DNA from: Octopus sinensis | Taxonomy: Eukaryota | NCBI RefSeq assembly: GCF_006345805.1 | Contig: NC_043002.1 | Location: 80,104,001-80,168,000, forward strand | Reading direction: 5' to 3' | DNA length: 64,000 bases | Part shown: in pieces, positions 41,308 through 54,659 of the stretch | Numbering within the stretch: position 1 is the stretch's first letter | Layout: the number at the start of each line of letters is the position of its first letter | Notes under the pieces: model-generated | The model's input: only the letters and a program-made list of their open reading frames with translations | What the model was told of the DNA's origin: nothing | The model's database searches: none | Program-made: the position numbers and the translations under genes

Positions 41308-41705
41308 GGCGCAGGAGTGGCTGTGTGGTAAGTAGCTTGCTTACCAAACACATGGCTCCGGGTTTAGTCCCATTGCGTAGCACCTTAGGCAACTGTCTTC
41401 TACTATAGCCTCGGGTCGACGAAAGACTTGTGAGTGGATTTGGCAGACGGAAAGTAAAAGAAACCCAACGAGTGTATATGTATATGTGCGTGTGTGTGTG
41501 TGTGTCTGTGTGTCTGTGTTTATCCCTCACTATCGCTTGACAACCGATGTTGTTGCGTTCACGTCCCCGTAATTTCGCGGTTCGGCAAAAGAAACAATAG
41601 AATAAGTACTAGGCTTACAAATAATAAGTCCTGGGGTAGATTTGTTCGACTAAAGGTAGAGCTCCAGGGGTGGCCGCAGTCAAATGACTGAAACACAATT
41701 AAAAA
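41308..41705 (+). mobile_element. Full-length SINE family B
   Basis: GGCGCAGGAGTGGCTGTGTGG (A-box-like), GGGTTTAGTCCC (B-box-like), internal (TG)n, CAGTCAAATGACTGAAAC tail. Confidence 0.9.
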
Positions 41706-41758
41706 AAGGCAAGAAAAGAAAATACATAGATACATATCTATATATATATATATATATC

Positions 41759-41791
<33 letters not shown>

Positions 41792-41882
41792 CATACATAC
41801 ATATATATATTTATATGCATATACATATAGATACAGATAGACATAAATCATATATTTATATATTTATATGTATATGAATTGG

Positions 41883-41936
<54 letters not shown>

Positions 41937-42289
41937 GTAATGTAAGCATGTATATATATGTGTGTTTAGGAATGTGTGTGTATATATAATATATATACAC
42001 ACGCACACTCATGTACGCACATTTACAATATGACAATCTCTAACACTCGCATACACACCCATGTGTGTGTGTGTAAGTGTATGTGCATACATACATGTAT
42101 ACATACATATTTTTATATATATATGCACACATGTATATATGCATGGCCGTTTGTGAGTATACACACACACACACACCATACATATATACACATACGTAAA
42201 CATATATATATATTCATATATTTGTGTGTGTATACACACATGCACACACACATACGCACTCGTGCAGACACACCGACACAGACTCACCA

Positions 42290-42320
<31 letters not shown>

Positions 42321-42720
42321 CACAGATATATATATATATATATAAATATAATTCGTTTCTGTATATACATGCATATGTTTATGTATATAAATATGTCTAC
42401 GTGTATTACGCTCGTAAAAATATTGCTATAATTATATTATCCAGTTAAACCGTTATTTAAATTATCCAAGTTAACAAGAAGACATGGATGCTTGAATTGC
42501 TAAAAACACATCCACACGCTTCTACTCTAACTCGCGTTCTTACGCTCATTTAAGGGAACAGTTATTAAAGCTAGGTGCAGAATATAATGAGAGTTGAGAT
42601 ATGTATGTATTAATGCAAAACTTAAATGAATGTAATTACCTTTAATTATTTTGCAACTTAGAAGCAATATAGTAGAAGTTACAGCAAAAACTGAATCATG
42701 TATGTATATACATGTGTGTG

Positions 42721-42765
<45 letters not shown>

Positions 42766-43552
42766 TGCGTGTGTTTGTGTATGTATGTGTGAGAGAGAGA
42801 TAGATATTTCGTGTGTGTGTATTTAATAAAGGTAAACTATTCTGCATCTAATGTTCCGATATGGAGTATATCATATTGTAATAGACACACACATATACAC
42901 ACATACACACGAACGCACACACGCACGCATACACAGACATCTCTCATGATGTATCGCAAGCTTACTCTTTGCACCTGTCCTTTCCATCTTGCAGTAGCAC
43001 CGAACAGATTGTAATTTATATGCAGACACTGTTGAGCACTTTTGAAGCACGACTATAACTGCAGGTATGACACTTCCATCATTTATCTATATTTGCATTC
43101 ATATGTATGTCTGTATGTGCGTGTGTGTGGTGTGTGTGTATCTGTCTGTCTGTCTGTCTATCTGTCTGTTTGTCTGCCTGTCTTCTCCGCTGCCTCGCTC
43201 GACAACCGATGCTTGGTAGTTGACAACCCAGCGACCTAGCGGTTCAGCAACGATGAGACAGATAGAAAAAATGTCAGTCATGAAAACTAAGTACAGGAGT
43301 CGATTTGTTTGGCTAAACCCTCCGAGGGTTTGTCCAAACATCGCCGCAGTCCAGTGACCGAAAGGACGGATAACGAGGAACAAATGTTACAGATAGAGCC
43401 ATTCCAGGCTTACATGCGTATAATAAATGTTATATGTACATACATTGTAATCTACTATTGTTTCAAGTGTTAACTTATTAATTTTATTTTAGTCTGGTTA
43501 GCTTTCACTCAAACCAGTACAAGTTTTGCTTACCGACTTCTATATCAGAATA

Positions 43553-43820
43553 GTGGAGGCACATGGCCTAGTGCTTAGAGCAGCAGACTTGCGGTCGAGG
43601 GATCGCGGGTTCGAATCTCAGACCGGACAATGTGTGCGTTTATGAGCGAAACACCTAAGCTCCACGCAGCTCCGGCAGAAGGTAATGGCGAACTTCTGCT
43701 GACTCATTCGCCACAACTTTCTCTCACTATTTCCTCCTGCATCTTGCAGCTCATTCACCTATGACGGACTGGCGTCCCATCCCGGTAAGGAAACCGGGAA
43801 CCGGCCCTTATAAGCCAGCA
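43553..43820 (+). mobile_element. SINE with family A-type head and a third 3' body (A'')
   Basis: GTGGAGGCACATGGCCTAGTG...GGGTTCGAATC head; GACGGACTGGCGTCCCATCC at 43763-43782 recalls the V-SINE central motif (inference). Confidence 0.7.
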
Positions 43821-43858
43821 TATATATATACATATACATATGAATCAAAACAGTTTTA

Positions 43859-43917
43859 TTCAAATTCGTTGGTACTCTTGAGTTTCAAGCATGATGCTAA
43901 TCGTCAGCCATTTTGAA
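43859..43917 (-). ncRNA. Type I hammerhead motif (left arm)
   Basis: UUCAAA a UGG-CUGACGA-uu AGCA uca UGCU u-GAAA-CUC aa GAG-UA|CCA acgaa UUUGAA; bulged stem I, GUA triplet, AATAAA overlapping the 3' end. Confidence 0.55.
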
Positions 43918-43930
43918 GTTGAAATTGAAA

Positions 43931-43990
43931 TTCAAAATCGCTGACGACTAGCATCGCGCTTTGAAACCCAAGAGTACCAACGAATTTGAA
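43931..43990 (+). ncRNA. Type I hammerhead motif (right arm, stems partly decayed)
   Basis: Core CUGACGA (43941-47), GAAA (43963-66) and GUA (43974-76) intact; one mismatch each in stems I and III. Confidence 0.45.
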
Positions 43991-44104
43991 TAAAACTGCT
44001 TTGCTCCATACATGTAACTCCCAATAAATTGGTTAAGTGCTTTTCTTTCGTATGTCCACTGTCTACTCACTCGTATATATATATATATATATATCAATAT
44101 AAGC

Positions 44105-44290
44105 GTAAGAGTGCTATATGGTAAGTAGCTTACTTACCAACCACATGGTTCCGGTTCCAGTCCCACTGCGTGGCAGCTTGGGCAATTTTTTTCTACCATA
44201 GCCTCGGGCCGACCAAAGCCTTGTAAGTGGATTTGGTAGACGGTAACTAAAAGCAGCCCGTCGTATATAAGTATATATATATGCGTGTGT
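44105..44290 (+). mobile_element. SINE family B 5' half
   Basis: GGTAAGTAGCTTACTTACCAACCACATGGTTCCGG...GTGGATTTGGTAGACGG. Confidence 0.8.
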
Positions 44291-45052
44291 GTGTGTGTGT
44301 GCGTGTGTTTGTATGTGTGTGTGTGTTGTGTGTGTGTGTGTGTGTGCGTGTGTGTGTGTATGTATTTGCGTATATATGTATACTTGTGTGTCTTTATGTT
44401 GCAATTCGTTGACCATAGCTATTTCAGGGCTGTATGTGGTTACCTTACACAGATATTTTCCATTAACGTTGTTGCAATGGAATCCAGATTCTTGATGTGC
44501 TTGTTTTACTTCTTTTGTGGTCGTTTTTCTGTAGTTGTTGTGTTTGTCATTTACTAAAGCCGGATTCCCAACGATGACTTTTTATTATATGGCCCACGTA
44601 TTATTCATGCAGCAATAGTTAAACGTCACGGTTTTATCTTCCCAAATTCTTTTATTTATTTTTGTTTTGTTAAACAGCATATGGTATTTTTGTCTGTCAG
44701 GAAAATGTCCGCTGATTAATGCAAGTACTTTTTACTTTTTTTTTTTATTTTCTAAGCAGGTATATTTTTACGTTCATATCGAATGAGAATTCGAAGCGGA
44801 TGACCTAAACGATTCTTCTTTTGTTACTTCTATTGCACACTGGTTCACGCTTGGCTTGAAACTTCATTTTCTCTTTAAGTCTACCTTTCTTTACAAAGAC
44901 TTCATTTCAGTAGTTTTCAACATAGCTGCAACTATATATATTTGAGGATATATTTGAGAGGTACATATTATAGTGTTAAGGTCGCTATTATGATCAGTAG
45001 CTGCTTAAAATCCATAGCTGTACACACATATGCAACACATATACACATATAT

Positions 45053-45142
45053 ACCGTCTTACGTACACATAACGTCTTACGTACACATATCACCTTACGT
45101 ATACATAACGTCTTACGTATATATACTGTTTTACGCACACAT
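45053..45142. repeat. ~18 bp minisatellite, about 5 units
   Basis: ACGTCTTACGTACACATA-like unit repeated. Confidence 0.8.
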
Positions 45143-45202
45143 GCTTATATATATATATATATATATATACGTACGTACATACATACATACATAAATACAT
45201 AC

Positions 45203-45245
<43 letters not shown>

Positions 45246-46029
45246 ATACATATATACATACATACCGACAGTCCAGAAGATGATGTGCACACTCTCGCAC
45301 ACACACATACGTACACTCACTCACACACTCACACGCACATACATTCTTTCTCACTACGTCACTCCTTTGTCCGACAGCGGCTGTATCATACTTTACTTCC
45401 CCCTCTCCCCTTTTTTACTCCCGCTTCATTAGCTTCCTAACCCTCCCACCACCATCCACACATATACTCTGCTACTGCTTACCTCTCTTTATGTTCCCTT
45501 CTTCATTCAAAAAATAGAAAAAAGAATTCTACAATCCTCCGCCTAATTTCTTCACACCTCATGCTTTCAAAGAGCCACTCTTGTCAGTTCTTATTCTTAA
45601 CCTGTTCAACACAACTATTTCTCCCCCATGGACTTTGCCAGATTTCCATCATAGCTTGTATCTATGCATTTTACCAGATTCTTACCATCCTTTGGACAGT
45701 CCGTCAAAAGTCTCCGGAGCTTTTACGCGTGTGTATTATTTTTTTAAAAATTATTTACCTTTCACCTTGATTTTCCTTCTCATAAAAGAATTCACATCCT
45801 TTCACTGTTTTGCTGAGTTTATTTTAGTTTATTTTAGCAGTGGTACTGAAAATATGGTACAGAACACGTGGTACTGTTGTAATGAACATGTACTAAACAG
45901 TGGTGCTGAACACAAACGCATACATATGCGCAAGTGTCTCCTACTAAAACCTAGTGCTAATCAAAGCCTTGTGAGTGTATAGATGGAAACTGAAAGAAAC
46001 CTGTCGAATATATAAAAGCCTCTCTATGC

Positions 46030-48125
46030 AAGATATAGATATGAAACTCAATAATTCATGTCAATTATGCGAGCCATATGCATTAAATATGTCCCAGAGA
46101 GGAATGTCAATACACACAAAAACATCATTCCCCGAGACAGGAGAATACTCATGCGGCGGAGAATAAAGATCTTGAATCGTTTAAACAAACATCTCAATAA
46201 CAGTAGGAAATCCCACCTGACAGAGGAACTCTTTGAGATTGAAAATAAACTCAAAATCTGCCATGGAAAAAAAAAACCCTGGGCAGTCGAAAATATAAAA
46301 AGAAATCCTAAAGTCTTTTACACGTTGGCAAAGGAATTTGCCTCCGTACGCTATTAGATAGGGCCATTATTTGGTAAAAACGGCTCACTAACTACAGACC
46401 CGGGGAAGATAGGTGAAGCACTAAATAAAGAATTCCGAAGTGCTTTCACTTCTCCATTGGAAAATATGCAAATAAACAAGCCTGAGGAGGTTTTTAATGT
46501 AACGAATCTCTTCGGAAAAGAGGCAACCATCGATTACATCATCATAACAGAATAAGATGTAATATCAGCTATTGATGAGATGAGATCAAACTCAGCAACA
46601 GGTCCAGATGGACTCCCGGCTGTCCTCTTAAAGACATATAAAAAGGCTCTTGCAAAGCCACTGCAGATACACTTTCAGAGTTTCTTTTCTTGTGATAAAC
46701 TTCCCAACATGCTACAAGAGAGTATAAATGCCCTGTCCATAAAGGAGGGAGCAGAGTAGATGTTAAAAAGTACAGGCCCATTTCTCTGACCTCACATGAT
46801 AGCAAGACAATGGAACGTATCGTTAGAAAAAGGCTGATTACGTTCCTAGAAGAAAACAACCTTCTCACAAACGCGTAACATGGCTTCCGTCCAGGGAGGA
46901 GCTGCCTCACACAACTGCTGCAGCAATTTGACTGGGTACTGAAACAACAGCTAAATCAATCAGCTGTAGATATGATATACCTCGACTTTGCCCAGGCCTT
47001 CGACAAGGTTGGTCATGGCATGATATTTGACAAGCTGCGAAACCTTGGTATTACAGGGAATCTGGGAGAGTGGCTGCATGATTTTCTGAAGGGCAGGAGT
47101 CAGACAGCTGTAGCCAATATTGCTTACTCTAAAGAGACACCAGTTCTCAGCAGAGTCCCACAGGGAACTGTACTGGGGCCATTACTATTTGTGGTGGCCC
47201 TCTCGGACAGGACTTGCGCGGTACAGTCAGCCAATCTGACCATTTATGCTGACGACACAAAAGTATCGCAGGCAGTTAGGAACCCAGAGGGCATCATAAA
47301 ACTGGAGAAAGACCTGAACGAAATCTACAAATGGGCTAACAAAAATAACATGCAGTTCAATGCTATGAAATTCCAGACACTCCACTATCGGTACAACTCC
47401 AGGCTAAAATCGGAATACAGTGGACCAGGAGATAATACGATCCAGAATCGGAGTTGGTACGTTGTCTGGGAGCTCACATGAGCAATGATGCAACAATCTA
47501 TGTGCATATTACGAAGATGGTAACACTGTGCAGACAAGTGGCTAAATGGATTCTGAGGACATTCAGAACCAGTAAAAGGACTACTGCTCCCAATTATGGT
47601 CCCCAAGTAGTGTGAAACAAACAGTGGAACTCGAAGCAGTTCAGTGCCAATACACAATGAAGATTGACTCGATGCAAAAGATTAGCTACTGAAAGAGGCT
47701 AAAGGAGGTGAGTCTCTATTCCCTAGAGAGAAGACGAGAGAGACATGCGGTGATATATATTTGGAAAATTTTGAAGGGCTTAGCTCCCAATTTTGGAATT
47801 GACAGCTATACCATTTCTCGAACTGGTCAGCACTGCATCATACCGAAGATCTCGTCTTCCCCGTCTAAAATAAGGACACAGTACTGCAATAGTCTGGGTT
47901 CCAAGGCGCTGCAATTGTTCAACATCCTTCCAAGCAACCTTGGAGATCTATATGGTGTTCATGTGGAAGTTTTCAAGGAACGGCTAGACAGGGAGACGCA
48001 AAGAAGGAGCAGTTCCGTCCAACTCACTACTTCACCAAAAACAATACCGGAAACAACACCGAGTAACTACTGGTGGTGCACCAGCATGACCTCAGCCCTG
48101 GGCTGAAACCAGTAAAAGATGAAAG
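46030..48125 (+). mobile_element. Decayed CR1-group LINE (ORF2 RT + 3' UTR)
   Basis: YRPISLTS-like region, YLDFAQAFDKV, VPQGTVLGPLLF, YADDTK, C-terminal LYSLERRRER..IWKILKG; stops and frameshifts; 3' tail at 48072-48125. Confidence 0.92.
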
Positions 48126-48135
48126 TACCACTACT

Positions 48136-48201
<66 letters not shown>

Positions 48202-48269
48202 CACACACACACACACACATATATATATATGTGTGTGTGTGTGTATGCTTGTGTGAGTGTGTGTATCTG

Positions 48270-48505
48270 TCAGTGTGTGTGTCTTTGTGTCTGTGTTCGA
48301 CCTCCACCATCGCTTAATAATCGGTGTTAGTGTGTTTACGTCTCCATAACTTAGCAGTTGGCCAAAGAGTCCGATAGAATAAGTACCAGGCTTTAAAACA
48401 TTGATAAGTACTGTGGTCATTCATTCGACTAAGAGTAAAACACTCAAGGTGGTGCCCCAGCATGGCCGCAGTCTAATGACTGAAACAAATAAGACAGCTA
48501 AAAGA
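48270..48505 (+). mobile_element. SINE family B 3' half
   Basis: GGTGGTGCCCCAGCATGGCCGCAGTCTAATGACTGAAAC tail. Confidence 0.8.
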
Positions 48506-50859
48506 GATACATTTGTACACACATCTCTCCTACTCACAAAATGACTGATGGAGTCCTATCCTATTGTATTCTCCCTAAGTAGCCCAGCTGATTTTTTATT
48601 TTTCTTATCCAAATCGAAAATGTGATGAATTATTAGGCAGCTATCTGCATCTGCAAAACTCTGAACGAAGAGACAATCTATATATTGTACAAAGGCTTTT
48701 AAACTCACTTTCTCCTCATGGTATGTTGGGTTGAGATATAAGTAGATTCCTTAAGCGCAACATAAAATGGGAAAAGAGGACACCATTGCCTACGGACCTA
48801 TAAAGCTTTTGAGTCTTGCAGTGCTGATGCCCTCGCTATCTTCTGAACCCGGTTATCTCTCCCTCTCGGACGTACAGGCCTTGCATTTCTTCATGTGCGG
48901 GTGAAATTCCTTCATAAGGATAAGGACCCTTCAAGACAGGTTAAATCAGTCGAAGGTGCTATTATAATTGCATCTTTTGCATTGTCGGAAGCGACAAACG
49001 AGTTGCAATGCATTGCTGTGTGTGTATTTTGGTGTGTGTGCATGTGTATGGGCGTGTGTGTATGTGTGTACGTGTGTGTGCATGTACGTGTGCGTAAGTG
49101 TGGGAGCGTGCGCGTGTTCATGTATATGCGTGTTGTACGCAAGCGCATGTATATATATGTCTGTTTATATATGTATGTATATAGGTATGCTTATATATGT
49201 ATATATGCGTGTATGTACACACACACATAGATACATACTTACATGCATATATGCATATATACATACATACATACATACATACATACATACATACATACAT
49301 ACATACATACATACACATACATGCATACATACATGCATATGTATACATGTATACTAATGTTAATTTATAAATAAAACCTTTCATTTCCTATCCTAAGTTA
49401 ATTTTCATTTCACATGAAAGAAACGTTTTATCTATCTCACACTAGATTTACCCCACATGCCCCATACTTAAATAGCAAACATAAACTAGAAACACATGTG
49501 AATTAAATCGTATTAGCTGACGTCTAGTTGCATAAAATGAAATATATTAGCAATTTAGTTAATTCAATTCATTACATATTAATTCAGATATTATTAATTA
49601 GTAAATCAATTAAACAATTACTGATTGCATTAATCTTACTTCTCTAAATCAAGATAATGGTATTCATGATTTCACTAATGCACTAGGCCAAACATTTTTG
49701 GAGACGTTAATTCAATTTTCAATGAGCGTTCCGGTTTTACTCACCTTTCATGAATGCTTACTATTTTGTTACGTATTTTTATGACATCACTTAAGGTTTA
49801 AAAACACGAACCTGTATTCTGCTACAATTATCCTAGACTAAGTCACAAAAGAATACATATAAATATATAGATACGTAGTTCGTGGTATTTAAATTGTCTC
49901 TATTCCCTTCTTCTTTTCAATGTTATACTGTCTCGAGGAATCGGAATAATTAGCACCTTGGTTAAGAGTGGAGTAGAGAAGGAGGTTGATTTGACCGAAA
50001 TATAAAAATACAAAATCAATTTTTATTAAAACCCAACTCTTACTTGTCTCCGAACAATAGACATCACGCATCATGCAACTTGATATTTTTATTATCATTT
50101 CCTGTTTTTCTTAACACCATAAATATGTTCGACATTTCACACATTGACATATTCGCTAAATATTTAGTATCGCCGCACTGTGTTGAGTTTTGACCCATCG
50201 TACTACTTAAATACATCTTCCTTCTTCTACGACCACTAAAGAAGTGTTCTTCCGAATACGATGGATCAACAATAGTTGCCAAGATACAAGCGGTTTTGCT
50301 AAATATTGGTAGTATTTTATGAAAATATTTCTTGTAAACAATTTCATTAATACGAGCTGTAGTTAGCTATGAATTTGATGGATGCGTATGATCCGGAACA
50401 ATCTTTGAAAAAAGTCTCTTTCCTGCATTTTAAGCGATTCAGAACTGTATAGTAATAACCTAACGACATGTGAGTATTCCGCTAAAATACCTGATGCATG
50501 AAGACTGGAGGCAATATGGCCACGTGCATAAAGTATTTGTATGTCATTATCCTCAGGCTATGATTTCATTTACACAATAATTGTTTCTGACAGAAATAAT
50601 TGATAGATATTTGTTGGCATTTTGCTCCAGTAGAGCCACCTTCGTAGTGCAATTGACGAAAGACCTTTATCTGTCCATGAAAATCATGTTCCTTTGAAAG
50701 AGTATTGTGTGCCTAGGAACGGTTGCTTTGAGAACTTGAAATGCTTTCAAAATGTTCTTCAATTCTGCTGTTACTTGGTCACTGTAGCTGACTTTACACC
50801 TGTTGTATCACCTACAGTCTTTCCCTGAAGTTATATAAAGCGTCACACATTTATAGACA

Positions 50860-51013
50860 TAGGAGTAGCTGTGTGATAAGTAGCTTGCTTACCAGCCACA
50901 TGGTTCCGGGTTCAGCCCCACTGTGTGGAACCTTGGGCAAGTGTCTTCTATTATAGCCTTGGGCCGACCAAAGCCTTGTGAATGGATTTGGTTGGCGGAA
51001 ACTGAAAGAAGCA
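50860..51013 (+). mobile_element. SINE family B 5' half
   Basis: Head through GGAAACTGAAAGAAGC. Confidence 0.8.
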
Positions 51014-52373
51014 GCGTTATTTTCGTCTCTTGAAAGATCTTCAGACTCAGAGAAGTCAAATTCCGTAGGGATTTGAGATTATTTGTTTGCATTATATTAT
51101 GTTGTGTGGGTTATGGTTGTAGCATGTTTACAATCTTCACTCATTTCATCTACTAAAAGATTTAATGTTGAAAAATGTTTTGAAGTGAAAAAAGAAAAAA
51201 GCAATTAGTATCTGTTGTAGTTTTTAAGATGATGAAATAAAGTGATATTCTGTTTTCCTTTGTCGACTAGCTCACAGTCTACTAACTCACCAAACTCTGT
51301 GCATTTGATGCAATGGCGAAAAACTATTTGCATGTTTTGTAGTCTCGTTGATGAGGTTTAGTGCACACAATTTGAATTTAATGTTCTACAAGGACAAACA
51401 TTGAAATGGGGTGAGCTATCCGTACGCCGCTAATCAACGTTTTTTAAAGATAGTATTCAGAATGAATGCGTTCAGCAAAGTTCTGTAAACATTTTATAGC
51501 AAAAACAAAACTACAGTAAGATTACTAGCTAAGTTTTTGCTTTCACTTATTACAATGAACGAAAACGAGAATGGAGTGTAATAAGGGGGTTAACTAAGAG
51601 AAATAAGCGGATTGAGTTAATTTATTCACTCCTGAATAAGTAATGGATTTAAGTTTAGATGTTTATCATTCCCCAAAATTTTTTAGCCGGTCATTAATTT
51701 ATCTCCGTTGTTAATTTGCTATTCTTCTTGCTTTCTCTGCCCGAATGTTTCTCAAAATCCTGCGTTGCCCGAATTTTCCCCACTGTTTCGCTAGAATTTG
51801 GGAGAACACCTAGGAATATATTTTCCAGCATTCCCTTTCTCTTTTGAGATTGTAGTGTATAATTTGAGGGAGAATGAGGTGCTGGTCGTTGAGAACACCT
51901 ATTTGTTTCGACTTTTACTACGATTTTGTGTTCGGTTTAAGATAAGATGAACATCTAAAAAGTCTATGCGGATAGATTGGTAAAACATTCATATTTAGAT
52001 TTATAATGTGGAACTATATTTTGGTCATGTACAATTGATCGAAATACTGTGATATTACTGTAACTATGACTCCAATGATTTTTACCTCGCGATAGATCGA
52101 CATTTTAGTAACCTGATTCCCTTATGCCAGGTATAAGTATCTTATATAATCAGGCAGCATGAAATTCACCAACTCCAGAAGGAATAAGTTTGTTTGATAC
52201 TAATGACATTTTTAAAGGCATTAGTGATGTAAGTGAATAGAGAATTAAAAGTAACAATAACAGCAACAGCTTGCTTGAGAACACATTTATTAAGTTAAGC
52301 AGCGAGTTATTAGAATCGTTACCGCGCCGAACGAAGTTCTTGAGGAGATTTCTTTCAGCTGTTTACTTTCTAT

Positions 52374-52587
52374 ACTCTTTACTCTTTTACTTGTTTCAGT
52401 CATTTGACTGCGGCCATGCTGGAGCACCGCCTTTAGTCGAGCAAATCGACCCCGGGACTTATTCTTTGTAAGCCCAGTACTTATTCTATCGGTCTCTTTT
52501 GCCGAACCGCTAAGTGACGGGGACGTAAACACACCAGCATCGGTTGTCAAGCAATGCTAGGGGGACAAACACAGACACATAACCCCC

Positions 52588-52619
<32 letters not shown>

Positions 52620-52790
52620 CATATATACGACAGGCTTCTTTCAGTTACCGTCTACCAAATCCACTCACAAGGCTTTGGTCGGCCCGGGGCTATAGCAGAA
52701 GACACTTGCCCAACATGCCACGCAGTGGGACTGAACCCGGAACCATGTGGTTGGTAAACAAGCTACTTACCACACAGCCACTCCTGCGCC
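52374..52790 (-). mobile_element. Full-length, near-consensus SINE family B
   Basis: Complete head, CORE-like CCTTGGGCAAGTGTCTT-type segment, microsatellite and tail. Confidence 0.92.
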
Positions 52791-54659
52791 TATGTTGAAA
52801 TTCTGTCGAGGTCGACCTTACATTTCATCTTATCAGGATAAATATAAGTACCAGTAGAGTGCTAGGGATGATCACCTCTCAAAATTGCTGACCTAGTGCC
52901 AAAATATTAAATTTGAGAGAATTATGTAAGTATACAAATCACATGGGAAGTTGTATGAGGTGGTAGTAACATGGTGCACTGTTCAAGATTTCAGTATCGT
53001 AAATAAAATAAGATATTCTAAATCCAAAATATCGAACACAGAAACCGAGCTATTTTTGCCAAGGGAGAATCTCTCAACAATGTCGTTTACCACTATAGAC
53101 TAAATTGAAAAGTAATAAGGTAATTTTGAAAAATTCCGAAATCAAAACCTATGAGCAAAATTAAGAACAAAAAAAAAGTAAGAAAAGAAAGACGAACCTC
53201 GTAAGATGACAGTAAATCTCGCCACTGGTTCTATTGGAAAAGTAATTTTGATTTTCCAATTAAGAAATTGCCAATTCTTCTTTTTAAAGAAGTCTAAGTA
53301 TTTCTTGGGAGAAGCTGCACAGCACCAACATCAAAGACCGTACATTCCATAAAAGAGTGTAAGCTCCTGGCATTTAAGAGTCAGGAAATTGTAATCACGT
53401 TTTTACCTTCTCTTAATAAACGGATGTCCGATTTTGTATCTGTCTGACAATTTATCTTGCAATCATTCGGACTTCTACATATCTGCTTAGGTTTCTACTT
53501 ATCTACCATAATGTGTGTGCATATGTATGTATACTATTCTATGCAAGCACATATATATATATATATATATATATATGAATGAGTTTACATGTGCGCATTT
53601 ATTTATATAAGCATATATTTATAAATGTTCATATTACCTTGGGTATTACGACAGAAAAATTACCTTGTAATGAAATTCTTATGTCACTCCAGTTACATAA
53701 CTATGATGATTCATCCACAATTCTGAATTAGCTCTAGTTTTTACATTTATCTGGCTCACCAGCAGCGTTGATCAAACCACACTGACAAGATCGAGACAGT
53801 ACCCCGCGAGTCACGATGGTCTTTGTCCACCATTATCATCATTCTCTCTAGCCAATATATTTGCTCACCAAATAATTAGATACTTCTATCTTTGTGCATT
53901 TAGTTACATTTCTTGTTTGTTTGCTTAATTGTATATTTTCCTATCTCAAAAGCTATTGAACCTAGGTCGGCCACAATTCTTATCAACGATTAATAAAGCA
54001 AAGTAGATTTTTGTTTATTTCTGTTATTTTCATTTTTTCCTTCCTTTTCCAGATAGCTACTGAGATTGATATATATGCATATGAGAGAACTAAACGATAT
54101 AGAAAAATCGAAATCGTTTTACGGGTAAAATGAAATGCTATAGAAATACATCAGTTAACATTACAATACCAAACAATCTCAAATATTGTTGGATTTAAAA
54201 GTTAGTAGTACAAAATACATTTAATTACTGATAATGTATTTGAAGAGAGATATATTCCTAAAATGCCTTCTGTTCTCGTTTGTTAACTTCTTACTTCTTG
54301 GTTAAATATTTATTCTAATTGTATAACAAAATAATCAATTGTAACCATTTTTGTTACTTATCCAGTATTATATTTTCCGCCATGAGATCTTACCAAAGCA
54401 TGAGAGAGAGAGAGAAAGAGGGAGAGATACATACTTACGTACATATATATATATATATACATGTGTAAGTATGTATATACATACTGGAATGGCTGTGTGG
54501 TAAGTAGCTTTCTTACGAACCAATGACTGAAACAAGTAAAAAAGTAAAGGGAGATACATACATAGTTATATACAGTGTTGGCCAAAAGGTCCTTGGCAGT
54601 TAATCAAAGATCCATAAATACTATTTGAAATTTTGTAATGACTCAAATGGAAAAATGTG

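Larger units (their letters stand above)
43839..44010. mobile_element. 172 bp palindromic element, two ~80 bp inverted arms with a 13 bp spacer
   Basis: 43839-43917 is an imperfect reverse complement of 43931-44010. Confidence 0.85.

Noticed and set aside
51011-51060. Minus-strand CTGAAGA-13 nt-GAAA
   Set aside because: Truncated by a SINE B fragment; no stem III, cleavage triplet or stem I.
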